Both the position numbers and the translations under genes were made by a program. The notes beneath the pieces were generated by a model. The model saw only the letters and a list, made by a program, of their open reading frames with translations. It was not told the DNA's origin and ran no database searches. From an uncultured Acidobacteriota bacterium (GTDB taxonomy: Bacteria; Acidobacteriota; Blastocatellia; RBC074), in NCBI GenBank assembly GCA_903828635.1, contig CAIKMY010000220.1, positions 1 to 47,574 on the forward strand: a DNA stretch of 47,574 nucleotides, read 5' to 3'. Below, in pieces: positions 21,144 to 32,980 of the stretch. Each line of letters starts with the position of its first letter. Positions within the stretch are counted from its first letter, which is position 1.

Positions 21144-21854
21144 ATGAAATTCGGCGTGGTGGTTTTTCCGGGTTCGAATTGTGATCACGACACCTATCAC
21201 GTGATCAGCAAGGTAGTCGGCCAGCCTGTCAACTTCATCTGGCACAAGGAAGAGAATGTCGAGGGGTACGATGCGATCATCCTGCCGGGAGGATTCTCCT
21301 ACGGCGACTACCTGCGGACGGGGGCAATCGCGCGCTTTTCGCCGGTAATGCGTGCGGTAACCAACTTTGCGCGGAGCGGGGGGCTCGTACTGGGCATTTG
21401 CAACGGGTTCCAGATACTGTGCGAAGCGGGATTGCTGCCGGGAGGACTGTTGCGCAATCGTGATCTGAAATTTCACTGTGAGCACGTCTCCATCCGGGTA
21501 GAGCGGACAGACACCCCCTTCACCATTGACTATCGCGAGGGTGAGGTGCTGAGCATCCCGATCGCGCACGGTGAGGGCAACTATTTCTGTGACGAGCAGA
21601 CGCTGGCGGATCTGGAGAGCGGGGGGCAGGTGATCTTCCGTTATTGTGACATTGATGGGCGGATTACCGACGAAGCGAACCCCAACGGATCGCTGGGCAA
21701 CATTGCCGGGATCTGCAACCGCGAGCGGAATGTGCTGGGGCTCATGCCGCATCCGGAGAGGGCGGCGGAGAGTGTGCTGGGCAGCCGCGACGGTCGAGCC
21801 ATGTTCTTCTCGATCGCCGATTATCTGACCGAACGATTGAAGAAGCGTGCCTGA
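21144..21854 (+). CDS. purQ: Phosphoribosylformylglycinamidine synthase subunit PurQ (glutaminase)
   Basis: ORF 21072..21854. Start moved to ATG 21144 ([16 protein letters not shown]). Motifs [10 protein letters not shown], catalytic GICNGFQ, and HPER. Confidence 0.9.
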   Translation: MKFGVVVFPGSNCDHDTYHVISKVVGQPVNFIWHKEENVEGYDAIILPGGFSYGDYLRTGAIARFSPVMRAVTNFARSGGLVLGICNGFQILCEAGLLPGGLLRNRDLKFHCEHVSIRVERTDTPFTIDYREGEVLSIPIAHGEGNYFCDEQTLADLESGGQVIFRYCDIDGRITDEANPNGSLGNIAGICNRERNVLGLMPHPERAAESVLGSRDGRAMFFSIADYLTERLKKRA

Positions 21855-21855
21855 T

Positions 21856-24243
<2,388 letters not shown>

Positions 24244-24266
24244 CTTGATCACGAAGAAGCCTGAGC

Positions 24267-25118
24267 TCAGCGGACCAGCCCCTCACTGAGCATCCAGCCG
24301 ATGCGTCCGGGGTGGCGCAGCAGTTGCGAGACGGCGTAGGGGAGCCACGATTCGCCGCAGGGGATGTAGAGACGCGCTCCAACCCCGGCCATCAGGGCAA
24401 CTTCAAGTACGCTTCGGCGTGGCAGGCCATAAAGCAGTTCGAGTTCGCAGGAAGATCCCTGCGCTCGCAGGCGCGCCAGAGATTCCCTGGCCAGTTGATG
24501 ATCATGGGTAGCGACCGCAACGTGGCGCGCACGACCGGCGAGCAGATCGATCAGGCCGAGGAAGGCCGCGCCGGTATCGTCACAAGGTGACGACGGATCA
24601 GCCCACTGCCCCTTGACGACCCGGACACGAAGCCCGAGATCGATGGCCTGCCGCGTATCCTCACGACTCCGCTCCCATTGCGCCGGCAGTGTACAGCCCA
24701 CCTTGTCCGCAACTTGTGCCACCTTCCCGATCAACGCCCATGTTCGCTCGGCAACCTCCGGTTGTAATGAATCGAAATGGAGGCCAACTCCGCGCTCACG
24801 TGCCTGCCACGCAATTGCCATCACCAGATCATCACGAAAGCCAAGCGCCGGTGCCTTGATCGACAGCCAGGTCTCCGGCCACTCACTGGCAATTGCCCTG
24901 ATTGCCCGATTGCAGATCGCCGCGACCGTCTCCGGGTCTTCTTCCGTGTGATTCCAGTAGCCGATGGTCGCGAGAACTCCAAGGCAGTGACACTCCTCGC
25001 GCCGCCGCAGTGCATCATCGAGGCCGGGCCCGGCAACATAACCGCGACTGGCATAACCCACCAGTCGCCTGATCCCTCTGTCAATTGCCCCTCTCATTCC
25101 TCCTCCTTTGATCTGCAC
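24267..25118 (-). CDS. Proline dehydrogenase (PutA/PRODH TIM-barrel) fold protein, last gene of the EPS operon
   Basis: Blocks RGYVAGPGLDDAL, LSIKAPALGF, RVRVVKGQW, VAVATHD, ELELLYGL and LYIPCGESWLPYAVSQLLRHP align by eye with my memory of monofunctional bacterial PRODHs (~300 aa). An alternative start at 25097 would abut the upstream stop. Confidence 0.6.
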   Translation of the reverse strand: MQIKGGGMRGAIDRGIRRLVGYASRGYVAGPGLDDALRRREECHCLGVLATIGYWNHTEEDPETVAAICNRAIRAIASEWPETWLSIKAPALGFRDDLVMAIAWQARERGVGLHFDSLQPEVAERTWALIGKVAQVADKVGCTLPAQWERSREDTRQAIDLGLRVRVVKGQWADPSSPCDDTGAAFLGLIDLLAGRARHVAVATHDHQLARESLARLRAQGSSCELELLYGLPRRSVLEVALMAGVGARLYIPCGESWLPYAVSQLLRHPGRIGWMLSEGLVR

Positions 25119-26203
25119 AGGCTCCGCCAGCTAATCTTTACGGCGTCAGTTGCCAGTGCGAGAGTTCCGCGCAATGTTTGAGGGTAGACACGCAAGGCGA
25201 CGCAGGGGCGCAATCGATCACACCACATCCGCGTCCACGACTCCGGCAGTCCGAGGAATTCGATTGAGTGTAGTCCGCGCTGTGCCGCCTCACCAAGCAC
25301 GTGAAGCATCAGCAGCGTCCCCGGCGAGCAGGCGGCATAATGCTCATCGTAACCAATCTTCAGCAGGTAGTAGCGTCCGTCGTGCTCGACAGCGAACTGA
25401 AAGGCGGCCGCACAGCCATCGATGCGCAGAAAGGCGAGACGAAGAATGCCACGACGGCTGGCGTCAAGCGCATACCGCCAGTAAAACTCGCGTCGGCGCG
25501 CATCGAGCACGATTGCCGTCCCGGCACGCCCCTTCCAGCCGGCCGATTCCACCTCCAGCGCCTCGGCCAGCAGCGGCTCAACCTCTGACGGCCCCGGCGA
25601 GAGCAATTGACAAACCACCTCTCCCAAGGCCAGCGCCCTCTTCTTTGCCCGACGGAAATCTGAGCGCCTCCCGGAATTGAACATCGCCTCAGGATCCTGC
25701 CACACGCGATCAAGTTCAAGGTAGGGTGACGGGCTCGCCGGTCGAATGTCGATCAGCGCCCGCCTTCGGCAGGCCGCTCGCAGCGCCTCGACTGCTGCGG
25801 AGTCGGCCGGCAGCCGCTTGAAGACCAACGGCCGCTCTATCCTGATCAGCGCCTCCGCCAGACTCTGCATCGCCGGCTGATCCTCGTAAAGCAGATCTGT
25901 CGGCTCGTAAAGGTCCTCAACTCCGAGATGCTCAAATCGCGACAGGATCCCTCGCCGGCAGCGGAACTGGCCGGCTGCCACCAATGCGCCGCCCGATTCG
26001 AGCGCGAGCAGGCGCAACTCTCCGGCCCGACAGAAGATCGCCGCTCCGTGGCGCACCCAGATGAACTCTCCCATTGGTGAGTGTGCACCTCGCCACCGTC
26101 CCTCCATCTCGTCCAACATATCAAGAGTCCTGATGACTGTGACGCCACTGTCAGGCAGCGAAAGTGTGCCCGGCCGGCCGCCGGCAACAAAAGAATTGAT
26201 CAT
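25094..26203 (-). CDS. FemAB/CelD-like (BioF2-like) GNAT-fold acyltransferase
   Basis: 369 aa with the same architecture as the upstream paralogue. The C-terminal GNAT-like block is LLKIGYDEHYAACSPGTLLMLHVLGEAAQRGLHSIEFLG. ATGA overlap with the upstream gene. Confidence 0.65.
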   Translation of the reverse strand: MINSFVAGGRPGTLSLPDSGVTVIRTLDMLDEMEGRWRGAHSPMGEFIWVRHGAAIFCRAGELRLLALESGGALVAAGQFRCRRGILSRFEHLGVEDLYEPTDLLYEDQPAMQSLAEALIRIERPLVFKRLPADSAAVEALRAACRRRALIDIRPASPSPYLELDRVWQDPEAMFNSGRRSDFRRAKKRALALGEVVCQLLSPGPSEVEPLLAEALEVESAGWKGRAGTAIVLDARRREFYWRYALDASRRGILRLAFLRIDGCAAAFQFAVEHDGRYYLLKIGYDEHYAACSPGTLLMLHVLGEAAQRGLHSIEFLGLPESWTRMWCDRLRPCVALRVYPQTLRGTLALATDAVKISWRSLCRSKEEE

Positions 26204-27384
26204 GCGCCTCGCTCCAGTTCGGCTGCACGCCGATATTCACGAAACCAGCGACGCAACCGGCGCAGGCCACTCTCCGGCAGCATCCGCTTCGCCCCATCGC
26301 GCAACCAGTCTCCCGCCGATTCCCTTGCCCGCAACGCCCTCGCCGAAAGACGACGACGGCTGATCCGCAGCAGAACCGTTTCGCGCAATTCATTCGCCCA
26401 CTGGAATTTGTAGGGTTCTGATCCACGCAGCAGATCGTAATATTCGAGTCCACGCTCAGCCGCGCTCCGAATCGAGAGGCCGAGCAGGATCATCCCCGGG
26501 CTGAAACGGCTCCACGATCGATCGTAACCGGAACTGTAGCAGTAGCTGTTTCGCCCGTCCTCAAGGCAGTAGATCGATGCACGACACCCCCCCTCAACCC
26601 AGAGCTCCTCGAATCTGAGCATCCCCGCCCGTGCCAGCAAGGCAACGGCCTCGCGATGAAATGCGCGCAGGCGCTCGTGGCCGGTGGCATCCGAGCCACC
26701 CTCCGGTGACCACCGATCTTCGTGCAGCAGCAGAAACCGCTCGAAGGCATCTTCGATCTCCCCCGGTTCGGTTCGTACCCGCAAGCCATAATCCCGGAGC
26801 GCCGCCAGCTTGCGCGACTGGCGGCGGTAGTTTTCGCCACGCCCGCTCTCGCTGAGAATCTTCGTCCAACCACGTTTGAGCTCGATCCGTGGACAGACAT
26901 AGCGCGGGGTAATAACGGTAGTAAACCCGGCCATCCCCTCGAAATTGCGGCGCAATGCCGGCAGCAGTGGCGAACCAGCCGCGACACCATCCAGTTCAAG
27001 CAAATCAAAGCTGCGATCAGCCGCAAGATAATCGCTGATCGCCCTCAAAGCCTCCTCACGATCCGGGTCGCCAGCCAGCAGGTCGAGATAGTCAGCCCCG
27101 CCAGGCCCATCACCGAGAAATGAGAGGCGACGTACCGGCCTCATCCCCGGTGCCACGGCAACTTCGCGACTGGCCAGTGGCAGCAGTGCCACCAGCCGCG
27201 CCCCATCACGAACGCGCAGAATTCGTGGCTCAACCGCCCCACCAAGCCAGCGCCGCCACGCCGAAAGCCACTCCCACGAGAGAAACGGTATCCCGCTGTT
27301 CGCCCGGTGAAGGGATTTCCAGTCGTGACGCAACTCATCCAGAGCCTCTGCTCCCGAGACCTCCTCAACCACCATTCTGTTCAT
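26200..27384 (-). CDS. FemAB/CelD-like (BioF2-like) GNAT-fold acyltransferase
   Basis: N-terminal FLSWEWLSAWRRWL and C-terminal YCYSSGYDRSWSRFSPGMILLGLSIRSAAERGLEYYDLLRG are characteristic of CelD/BcsL-type proteins of EPS loci. Confidence 0.7.
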   Translation of the reverse strand: MNRMVVEEVSGAEALDELRHDWKSLHRANSGIPFLSWEWLSAWRRWLGGAVEPRILRVRDGARLVALLPLASREVAVAPGMRPVRRLSFLGDGPGGADYLDLLAGDPDREEALRAISDYLAADRSFDLLELDGVAAGSPLLPALRRNFEGMAGFTTVITPRYVCPRIELKRGWTKILSESGRGENYRRQSRKLAALRDYGLRVRTEPGEIEDAFERFLLLHEDRWSPEGGSDATGHERLRAFHREAVALLARAGMLRFEELWVEGGCRASIYCLEDGRNSYCYSSGYDRSWSRFSPGMILLGLSIRSAAERGLEYYDLLRGSEPYKFQWANELRETVLLRISRRRLSARALRARESAGDWLRDGAKRMLPESGLRRLRRWFREYRRAAELERGA

Positions 27385-27419
27385 CTCAGCCCCCTTTGCA
27401 GGTTGGTTTTATCAATCGT

Positions 27420-28409
27420 TTAGTGATTCTCAAGTTCGGCGGCATTTGCCGGATAACTCGACGGACTCTCAAGATGGCGAGTAAGGGCACCGATCAGCAG
27501 ACCGGCAAGAATCGCTGAGTGAATTGCAAGGTAGTCAATTACTCCGCTCAATCCCCTCTTTTTCAGTGCAACGGCAGATGTCCAGCCGAGAGTGGCAACG
27601 ATGAATGGAAGCGCCAGCAGCCACTGCCCCGCAAGTGGCAGCAGCAGAGCCGGTAAAAGTAGCAGCATCAGCAGGCCAAAGATGATGCTCGATCGCAGAT
27701 ATTGCAGGCAGAAGGCCGTTCCCTCGCCGGCGTGGCACGCATAACGCCACGCGACACCAGTGCCGGAAACCCTCCCGAGCCGCCAGTTGCGCCGCAGCGA
27801 ACTGATCGTCGAGAGCCCGCGCAGATGTCTGCCCATTGGTACCGGCAACTGGAGCATCCGCCTCTCTCCGCGAGTCAGCCGTAATCCGAGTTCAGCCTCC
27901 TCATCGCTGCGCAACCACGGATTGAAGCCACCATGCTTCTCCATTGCCGAGCGGCGATAACAGCCACTGCCACGAAGCCACCGACAACGAACGGGTGCCG
28001 CCAGCCGCGGACTCTTTGAGGTTACCAGTCGGCCCTGCTCGTCAATGTCATCGAGGTACCCGGCAACCGCGACGACTCGCTCATCCGCAAAGACCGGGAC
28101 TGCCTGTGACAACCAGTCACGCTCGATGACCGTATCACCATCGACAAACATCACGAGGTCGCCGCTGGTATGATGAAAACCAATGTGGCGACCGGCGGCG
28201 GGAGTCAGCCTCCATTCCGGTGACATCATCAGCACACGGACACCAAGCCGGCTGGCAATTGCCACCGAGTCGTCGGTTGAGGCCGAATCGACGTAGACCA
28301 CCTCGGCCCCGCCAGCCGTCTCTGCCGCCGCCAGTACCGAATGCAATGAGCCGGCAAGATAGGCCTCCTCGTTGCGTCCGATGACGACCACCGAGAGCGA
28401 AGGAGCCAT
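27420..28409 (-). CDS. Glycosyltransferase family 2 with C-terminal transmembrane segments
   Basis: ORF 27420..28688. The first 93 codons lie inside the TagA-like gene. ATG 28409 (MAPSLSVVVIGRNEE) overlaps the upstream TAA by 1 nt. Motifs DSASTDDS and the DxD FVDGDT. Confidence 0.8.
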   Translation of the reverse strand: MAPSLSVVVIGRNEEAYLAGSLHSVLAAAETAGGAEVVYVDSASTDDSVAIASRLGVRVLMMSPEWRLTPAAGRHIGFHHTSGDLVMFVDGDTVIERDWLSQAVPVFADERVVAVAGYLDDIDEQGRLVTSKSPRLAAPVRCRWLRGSGCYRRSAMEKHGGFNPWLRSDEEAELGLRLTRGERRMLQLPVPMGRHLRGLSTISSLRRNWRLGRVSGTGVAWRYACHAGEGTAFCLQYLRSSIIFGLLMLLLLPALLLPLAGQWLLALPFIVATLGWTSAVALKKRGLSGVIDYLAIHSAILAGLLIGALTRHLESPSSYPANAAELENH

Positions 28410-29275
28410 TATGCCGACCTCCCCGATCCAGCACGGCCAGCACGGCCAGCACGGCCGAGGAGGCGCCTCAACAGTTCGACCAGCAACAACAGAAAAAACG
28501 GACTGTCCTCGATCAGGTAGCGCTTCGCCAGCCTTCGCGGTTCGAGCAGCAGGCGGTGCAACCACTCCAGCCCGTGGCGGCGTGCCCATTCCGAAGCGCG
28601 CGGCTTGTCCCCGGAGATGATGTCGAGCGACGAACCACAGCCAAACCCGACTGAGGCACCGCTGGCGGCGAGATACTCCGACAACCATCGCTCCTGCGCC
28701 GGCGCACCAAGAGCGACAATGACAATTGCCGCATCGAGCGCACGAATCGCCTCAACCAACGATTCACTCTCGGCCTTGCCCGGTGGAAAGGGGGTCGGGA
28801 TGGCCGTCAGGCACGCCGTCGGGTAGACCTCGATCATCCTCTTTGCCGCCCTTGCCGCGACTCCCGGCGCGGCACCGATCAGTGCAACCTGACAACCCGT
28901 CGCCGCCGAAATCGCGGCACATCCCCAAACCAGATCGGTGCCATTGACCCTGCCGCGCAGCGGAGTCCCCAGCAGGCGTGCTGCCCAAAGAATCGGTACC
29001 CCGTCCGCCGTCACCAGATCGGCCTGCCAGAGATCCTCCCTGAAAGATGAGTCACGCCTCGCCCTCATCACGAAATCGACGTTGGCGGTGGCAATCAGCA
29101 ACCTCCGCGGCAGCCGCTGCGGCCCCTCAATCGCCCGGACAATCAGATCGAGCGTCTCGGTCAGGGAGACACGATCGAACGGACACCCCAGCAGATCGAT
29201 GCGCGAGCCGTCACCACGCGCCGGAAATGCAGATCCGCATTCAATTCCTGAGCCGATTTCTGCCACATGCTTCAT
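28409..29275 (-). CDS. WecB/TagA/CpsF-family glycosyltransferase (GT26)
   Basis: LLGCPFDRVSLTETLDLI, TANVDFVM and DGVPILWAARLLG blocks. The C-terminal tail carries (GRA)x3 from a 9-bp repeat. Confidence 0.8.
   Translation of the reverse strand: MKHVAEIGSGIECGSAFPARGDGSRIDLLGCPFDRVSLTETLDLIVRAIEGPQRLPRRLLIATANVDFVMRARRDSSFREDLWQADLVTADGVPILWAARLLGTPLRGRVNGTDLVWGCAAISAATGCQVALIGAAPGVAARAAKRMIEVYPTACLTAIPTPFPPGKAESESLVEAIRALDAAIVIVALGAPAQERWLSEYLAASGASVGFGCGSSLDIISGDKPRASEWARRHGLEWLHRLLLEPRRLAKRYLIEDSPFFLLLLVELLRRLLGRAGRAGRAGSGRSA
28428..28456 (-). repeat. In-frame 9-bp tandem repeat (CCAGCACGG x3 on the + strand) in the 3' end of the TagA-like gene
   Basis: 28428-36, 28437-45 and 28446-54 are identical. 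They encode GRAGRAGRAG. Confidence 0.9.
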
Positions 29276-30327
29276 ATCAATAACCGCAGCCTCGCAACTG
29301 CATCCGAGTAGCGACCGCGGATATCACGCGTCGACTCCTCGCTGAGACATATTCGACCGAGCGCCAGTGGATTGGCTCCGGGGCGATTGACCAGCGCCTC
29401 GGTCGTCACCGCTGAATCGAAGCAGGCACGCTGGACCACCCGGCGAGTCGTCTCGTCATGCCTGCCTGTCGGATAGGCGAAATGCCTGACCGCTTCACCC
29501 AGACGCCCTTCGAGCAGTGTCTTGCCGTGAGCCACTTCGAAGCGTGCCGTGGGACCATCCTCCAGCGGCAGGACCGCGTGGTTGATGGTATGGGCGCCAA
29601 TGGTCACCCCTTCACGCACCAGGTCAGTGATTGAATCCCAGTCAAGCAACGCCAGTGGGCCGGTGTCGGCCCCCATCCCGGTGCCGACAAACTCCTCAAG
29701 CGACCGACAGACCAATTCACGACGCGCCAGCGGCAGATCGTTGAGTCGCCGTGCCGTGGCAAAGGTGTCATCCCGCTCCGTCAATGAATCGATCTCCTCC
29801 TCCGCCAGACCTGCCCGTGTCAGCGGCACACTGAGGCTCAGCCCATGCCTCAGTGCACTGGCCACCAGTAATGAGAGCCGATCGTGATCGAGCATCCTCC
29901 CCGCTCCAATCGCGGCATATGGCAGGTAAATCGTCACTGGCAGACGCAGCACTCGCAGCAACGGCCAGGCATTCTCAAGGAAATCACGATAACCATCATC
30001 GAAGGTGATCGCCGCCACCGTATGCCCGATGGCTCTCTCCCCACGAACGATCCTCACGACTTCATCCATCGAGACAACCTCGCAGTTGTCACAAATCAAC
30101 TGCAAATGGCGACGAAACGAATCGGTGGAAACAACCATCCCCGGATCAGCCAATCTCTCCGCCTCGTCGATGTCGTCGACGACGTGGTGATAGCCAAGGA
30201 TCAGCACTCGCGCTCTTCCGCCGGAGAAACGGTCGAATAGTCCGCGCCCGACGCTCAATCCCCGGTAGACCGGCGCCGCCGCCGTCTTCAACGAACGTCT
30301 TCCCAGTCTTGAAATCTCCATGAGCAT
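29272..30327 (-). CDS. Polysaccharide deacetylase (CE4/NodB) family protein
   Basis: NodB motif 1 ITFDDGYRD and later His-containing blocks (GAHTINH). ATGA-type overlap with the TagA-like gene. Confidence 0.75.
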   Translation of the reverse strand: MLMEISRLGRRSLKTAAAPVYRGLSVGRGLFDRFSGGRARVLILGYHHVVDDIDEAERLADPGMVVSTDSFRRHLQLICDNCEVVSMDEVVRIVRGERAIGHTVAAITFDDGYRDFLENAWPLLRVLRLPVTIYLPYAAIGAGRMLDHDRLSLLVASALRHGLSLSVPLTRAGLAEEEIDSLTERDDTFATARRLNDLPLARRELVCRSLEEFVGTGMGADTGPLALLDWDSITDLVREGVTIGAHTINHAVLPLEDGPTARFEVAHGKTLLEGRLGEAVRHFAYPTGRHDETTRRVVQRACFDSAVTTEALVNRPGANPLALGRICLSEESTRDIRGRYSDAVARLRLLI

Positions 30328-30372
30328 GTTTGCCGCCTCCTGAGCAGCCAGAGTAATCAGCCAACAACACCA

Positions 30373-32952
30373 TCAACCAACGGGATCACTGACGCCGAGG
30401 GGCGCATCGGCACGTCGTGGCACACTCCCGGCGAGTTCAGCCCCAAGGTGCGCCAGCATCCGTTGCTGATCAAACTCCATCGACTTCTCCCTTGCCCTCG
30501 CCCCCATTTGACGCCTCAGCGCGGAGTCGGAGAGAAGGCTCCGCAGTCGATCGACAAGAGCATCGAGATCACCTGCCTCAACCAGATAGCCCTCACGCCC
30601 GTCCTCGATCAGTTCACCATTGCCGCCAACCCGTGTTGTCAGCACCGGCAGGCCTGAGGCAAGCGCTTCCAGCACCGCCATCGACATCCCTTCAGCATAG
30701 GTCGGTAACACGAAGAGATCGGCTCGCCGATAACAATCGATCCTTTCCCCATGCGCCACCGGACCGATCCGCTCGATGAAATCGCCAACCCCCAGGCGCC
30801 TGACCAGATCCTCGATCCCCTCGCTTCGCTGCCCGACCAGATCGAGACGAAGCTCGGGAAACTCTTCAATCAATCGACTCACTGCCCTCAGCAGATCCTC
30901 CTCTCCCTTGAGAAAGCCCATCTTTCCGACGAACAGAATCCTCGTCAGCGGTCGGCCACCAGACTCTTCGTCGCGTTCGTCGCGGGCACTGCGGTCGGCC
31001 ACGAAGAGGCGCGTGTCGACCCCGTTCATGGCCACGCCAACCGGGATCCCCGGCCAGTAACGATCGATCAGCCGCGCGATGTCGTGCGAGACCGCCAGAA
31101 AACGATCACTTCGCCCCAGCCCCCATCGCAGCAGCCAGCGCCCGACTCGCGGCTGCCGCGCATAATACGAATCGAAATTGCCCGCATGAAAATGTGTCAG
31201 CACGCGAAAACCGCCAGCTCGTGCGGTGACGATGAAGATCAGCTTGCGATAGAGGCTGCGGTTGCCACCGAGGTGGACATAGATCAGATGCGGATGCCAA
31301 ACTGCCAGTCTGACAAGGAACTTGAGATAGGCGGTCAGTGCCAGCCACAGCTTGCCGGCTGGATGTGCCTCGTCCATCTGTGTCACCAGGTGGCGGAGGT
31401 CGTACTCCTGAACCAGCGGTGATCGCAGAATGGCATCGATCAAGGTGCTGATCCCACCGATCGTTCGTGCCGGATGCGCGCCAATCATCAATATCCTCAT
31501 CAATATCCGCGGGCGATTCGCGGGCGCTCCGTTGTCGCCGGATATTTGGCCCCCCGGAGCCAGCAATCCACCGACCCAGGCCACGCCCCCCAGCACCAGA
31601 TCCCACCAGAGGCCGAAGGGGCGCAGATACCAGATCAGCACGGCCAGCAGCAGCAGCGGCCAGCGACCGGCTCGCAGGATCTGACCCAAACGGGGCCCAA
31701 CCGATCGCGGCAGCCCAAAACGGAAGATGACGGCGGCCATCACGCCAACCGAGAATGAATGTGCCAGCGCCGCACCGGCGGCGCCATATCGCGGAATCAG
31801 CAGCATCCCTGAGGGGATAGCAACAGCGACCGCCAGCAGATTGGCCAGCAGATCCATCCGCTGACGGCCGAGTGCTACCAGTCCGCGAGCCGCCACCACG
31901 GCCATCCCCAGCCCCGGAACCGAGAGCCCCAGCAGTGCGAATGCCGGATATGCCGCAACATAGTTTTCTCCGAAGAGCACTCGGAGCAGATCCTTTCCCA
32001 GCAGAATGGCAACGATCGCCAGTGGCAGGCTGAGGCCGATGACCATTCGCAAGCTTCCGCTGAGCAGCAGCCCAAGCTCTGCTGACGAGCGTGAAGCCAG
32101 CCTCCCGGCAACCGGCTGCAGCGCATTGACGTGGCTCATCAGCAGCATTGTTACCGGCACGAGAAAGCGCGAGGCGACACCATAACGCGCGGTCTCAACC
32201 TCCCCCGCCAGCTCGTGCGTCAGGACAATCGCAATCTGCCAGTGGAGGGCGGCCAGCACCGTCACCCCGGCAAAAGTCGGCACTACCGCGCGGATCTCCC
32301 TGACAACATCCCACCGCACCTCTCTGAGGAGCGCCCACCACCTTGCCGGTGAGAGGCCGATGACGGCATAACCAAGACAGACCAGGCAGCGAATTGCCGC
32401 CATGGCAGCGAACATCGTCGTCAGCGAGGCCCCTCGCAGCAGGAGCAGCACCGGAACAACCGCCCGCAGCAGGCTCTCAATCGCTGTTGTCAGGCTCACC
32501 CTCCGAAAGCGGCCTGTCGCCATCAGGTACGACTCCGCCACGGCAATCAGCCCGGTCGGCACCATGGCGATACTCAGGACGAGAGACGATGCCGCGACCT
32601 CCGGCGAGCCGTCGATCATTCGCCCCGCCAGTGCAAGGCCAACCCCGCAGACGACCGACCACCCGCCAATTAATGCTGCCGCACTTGCCAGAAAGCCCGA
32701 TCGCTCCTCGCGCCGCCCGAACTCGCTTGCCAGAAACGGCGTCAATCCGAGAGTGCAGATCGTCATAAAAACGGTGTAGAGCCCCATGATCACCGCAAAT
32801 TGCCCCACCTCCGCCGGCTCTCGCATCCGCGCCAACAGCATCCAGATCAGCAGACTATTGGCAATTCCAAGCGCGCCCGATGCCGCCAGCCAAAGCGTCC
32901 CCCTCCCGATGCTCTTTGCAGCCGCCTTCTCGATTGTTTCTCCTGAATCCAT
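30373..32952 (-). CDS. Fusion protein: N-terminal Wzx/MOP-type oligosaccharide flippase (~480 aa, multi-TM) and C-terminal glycosyltransferase family 4 (~370 aa)
   Basis: Single uninterrupted 859-aa ORF. The N-terminal half is hydrophobic with a flippase-like helix pattern. The C-terminal half starts MRILMIGAHP and carries the GT4 E-x7-E motif EGMSMAVLEALASGLPV. Confidence 0.7.
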   Translation of the reverse strand: MDSGETIEKAAAKSIGRGTLWLAASGALGIANSLLIWMLLARMREPAEVGQFAVIMGLYTVFMTICTLGLTPFLASEFGRREERSGFLASAAALIGGWSVVCGVGLALAGRMIDGSPEVAASSLVLSIAMVPTGLIAVAESYLMATGRFRRVSLTTAIESLLRAVVPVLLLLRGASLTTMFAAMAAIRCLVCLGYAVIGLSPARWWALLREVRWDVVREIRAVVPTFAGVTVLAALHWQIAIVLTHELAGEVETARYGVASRFLVPVTMLLMSHVNALQPVAGRLASRSSAELGLLLSGSLRMVIGLSLPLAIVAILLGKDLLRVLFGENYVAAYPAFALLGLSVPGLGMAVVAARGLVALGRQRMDLLANLLAVAVAIPSGMLLIPRYGAAGAALAHSFSVGVMAAVIFRFGLPRSVGPRLGQILRAGRWPLLLLAVLIWYLRPFGLWWDLVLGGVAWVGGLLAPGGQISGDNGAPANRPRILMRILMIGAHPARTIGGISTLIDAILRSPLVQEYDLRHLVTQMDEAHPAGKLWLALTAYLKFLVRLAVWHPHLIYVHLGGNRSLYRKLIFIVTARAGGFRVLTHFHAGNFDSYYARQPRVGRWLLRWGLGRSDRFLAVSHDIARLIDRYWPGIPVGVAMNGVDTRLFVADRSARDERDEESGGRPLTRILFVGKMGFLKGEEDLLRAVSRLIEEFPELRLDLVGQRSEGIEDLVRRLGVGDFIERIGPVAHGERIDCYRRADLFVLPTYAEGMSMAVLEALASGLPVLTTRVGGNGELIEDGREGYLVEAGDLDALVDRLRSLLSDSALRRQMGARAREKSMEFDQQRMLAHLGAELAGSVPRRADAPLGVSDPVG
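31486..31509 (-). repeat. 12-bp tandem duplication at the flippase/GT4 junction (encodes RILM-RILM)
   Basis: + strand CATCAATATCCT (31486-97) followed by CATCAATATCCG (31498-509). Confidence 0.85.
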
Positions 32953-32980
32953 CCAAGAACCTCCCGGTGTTTCACCGTCG

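Noticed and set aside
21166-21182. tRNA-like GGTTCGAAT (T-arm-like) string
   Set aside because: It lies inside the purQ coding sequence (FPGSNCDH) and has no surrounding cloverleaf. No tRNA gene was recognised anywhere in the window.
27420-28688. Long N-terminal extensions of listed ORFs (GT2 28410-28688; hslO 39583-39735; rnz 18846-18980; gmk 11774-11830; purQ 21072-21143)
   Set aside because: The extensions overlap the upstream gene or intergenic DNA, have Arg/Pro-rich composition, and precede internal starts that give family-typical N-termini.
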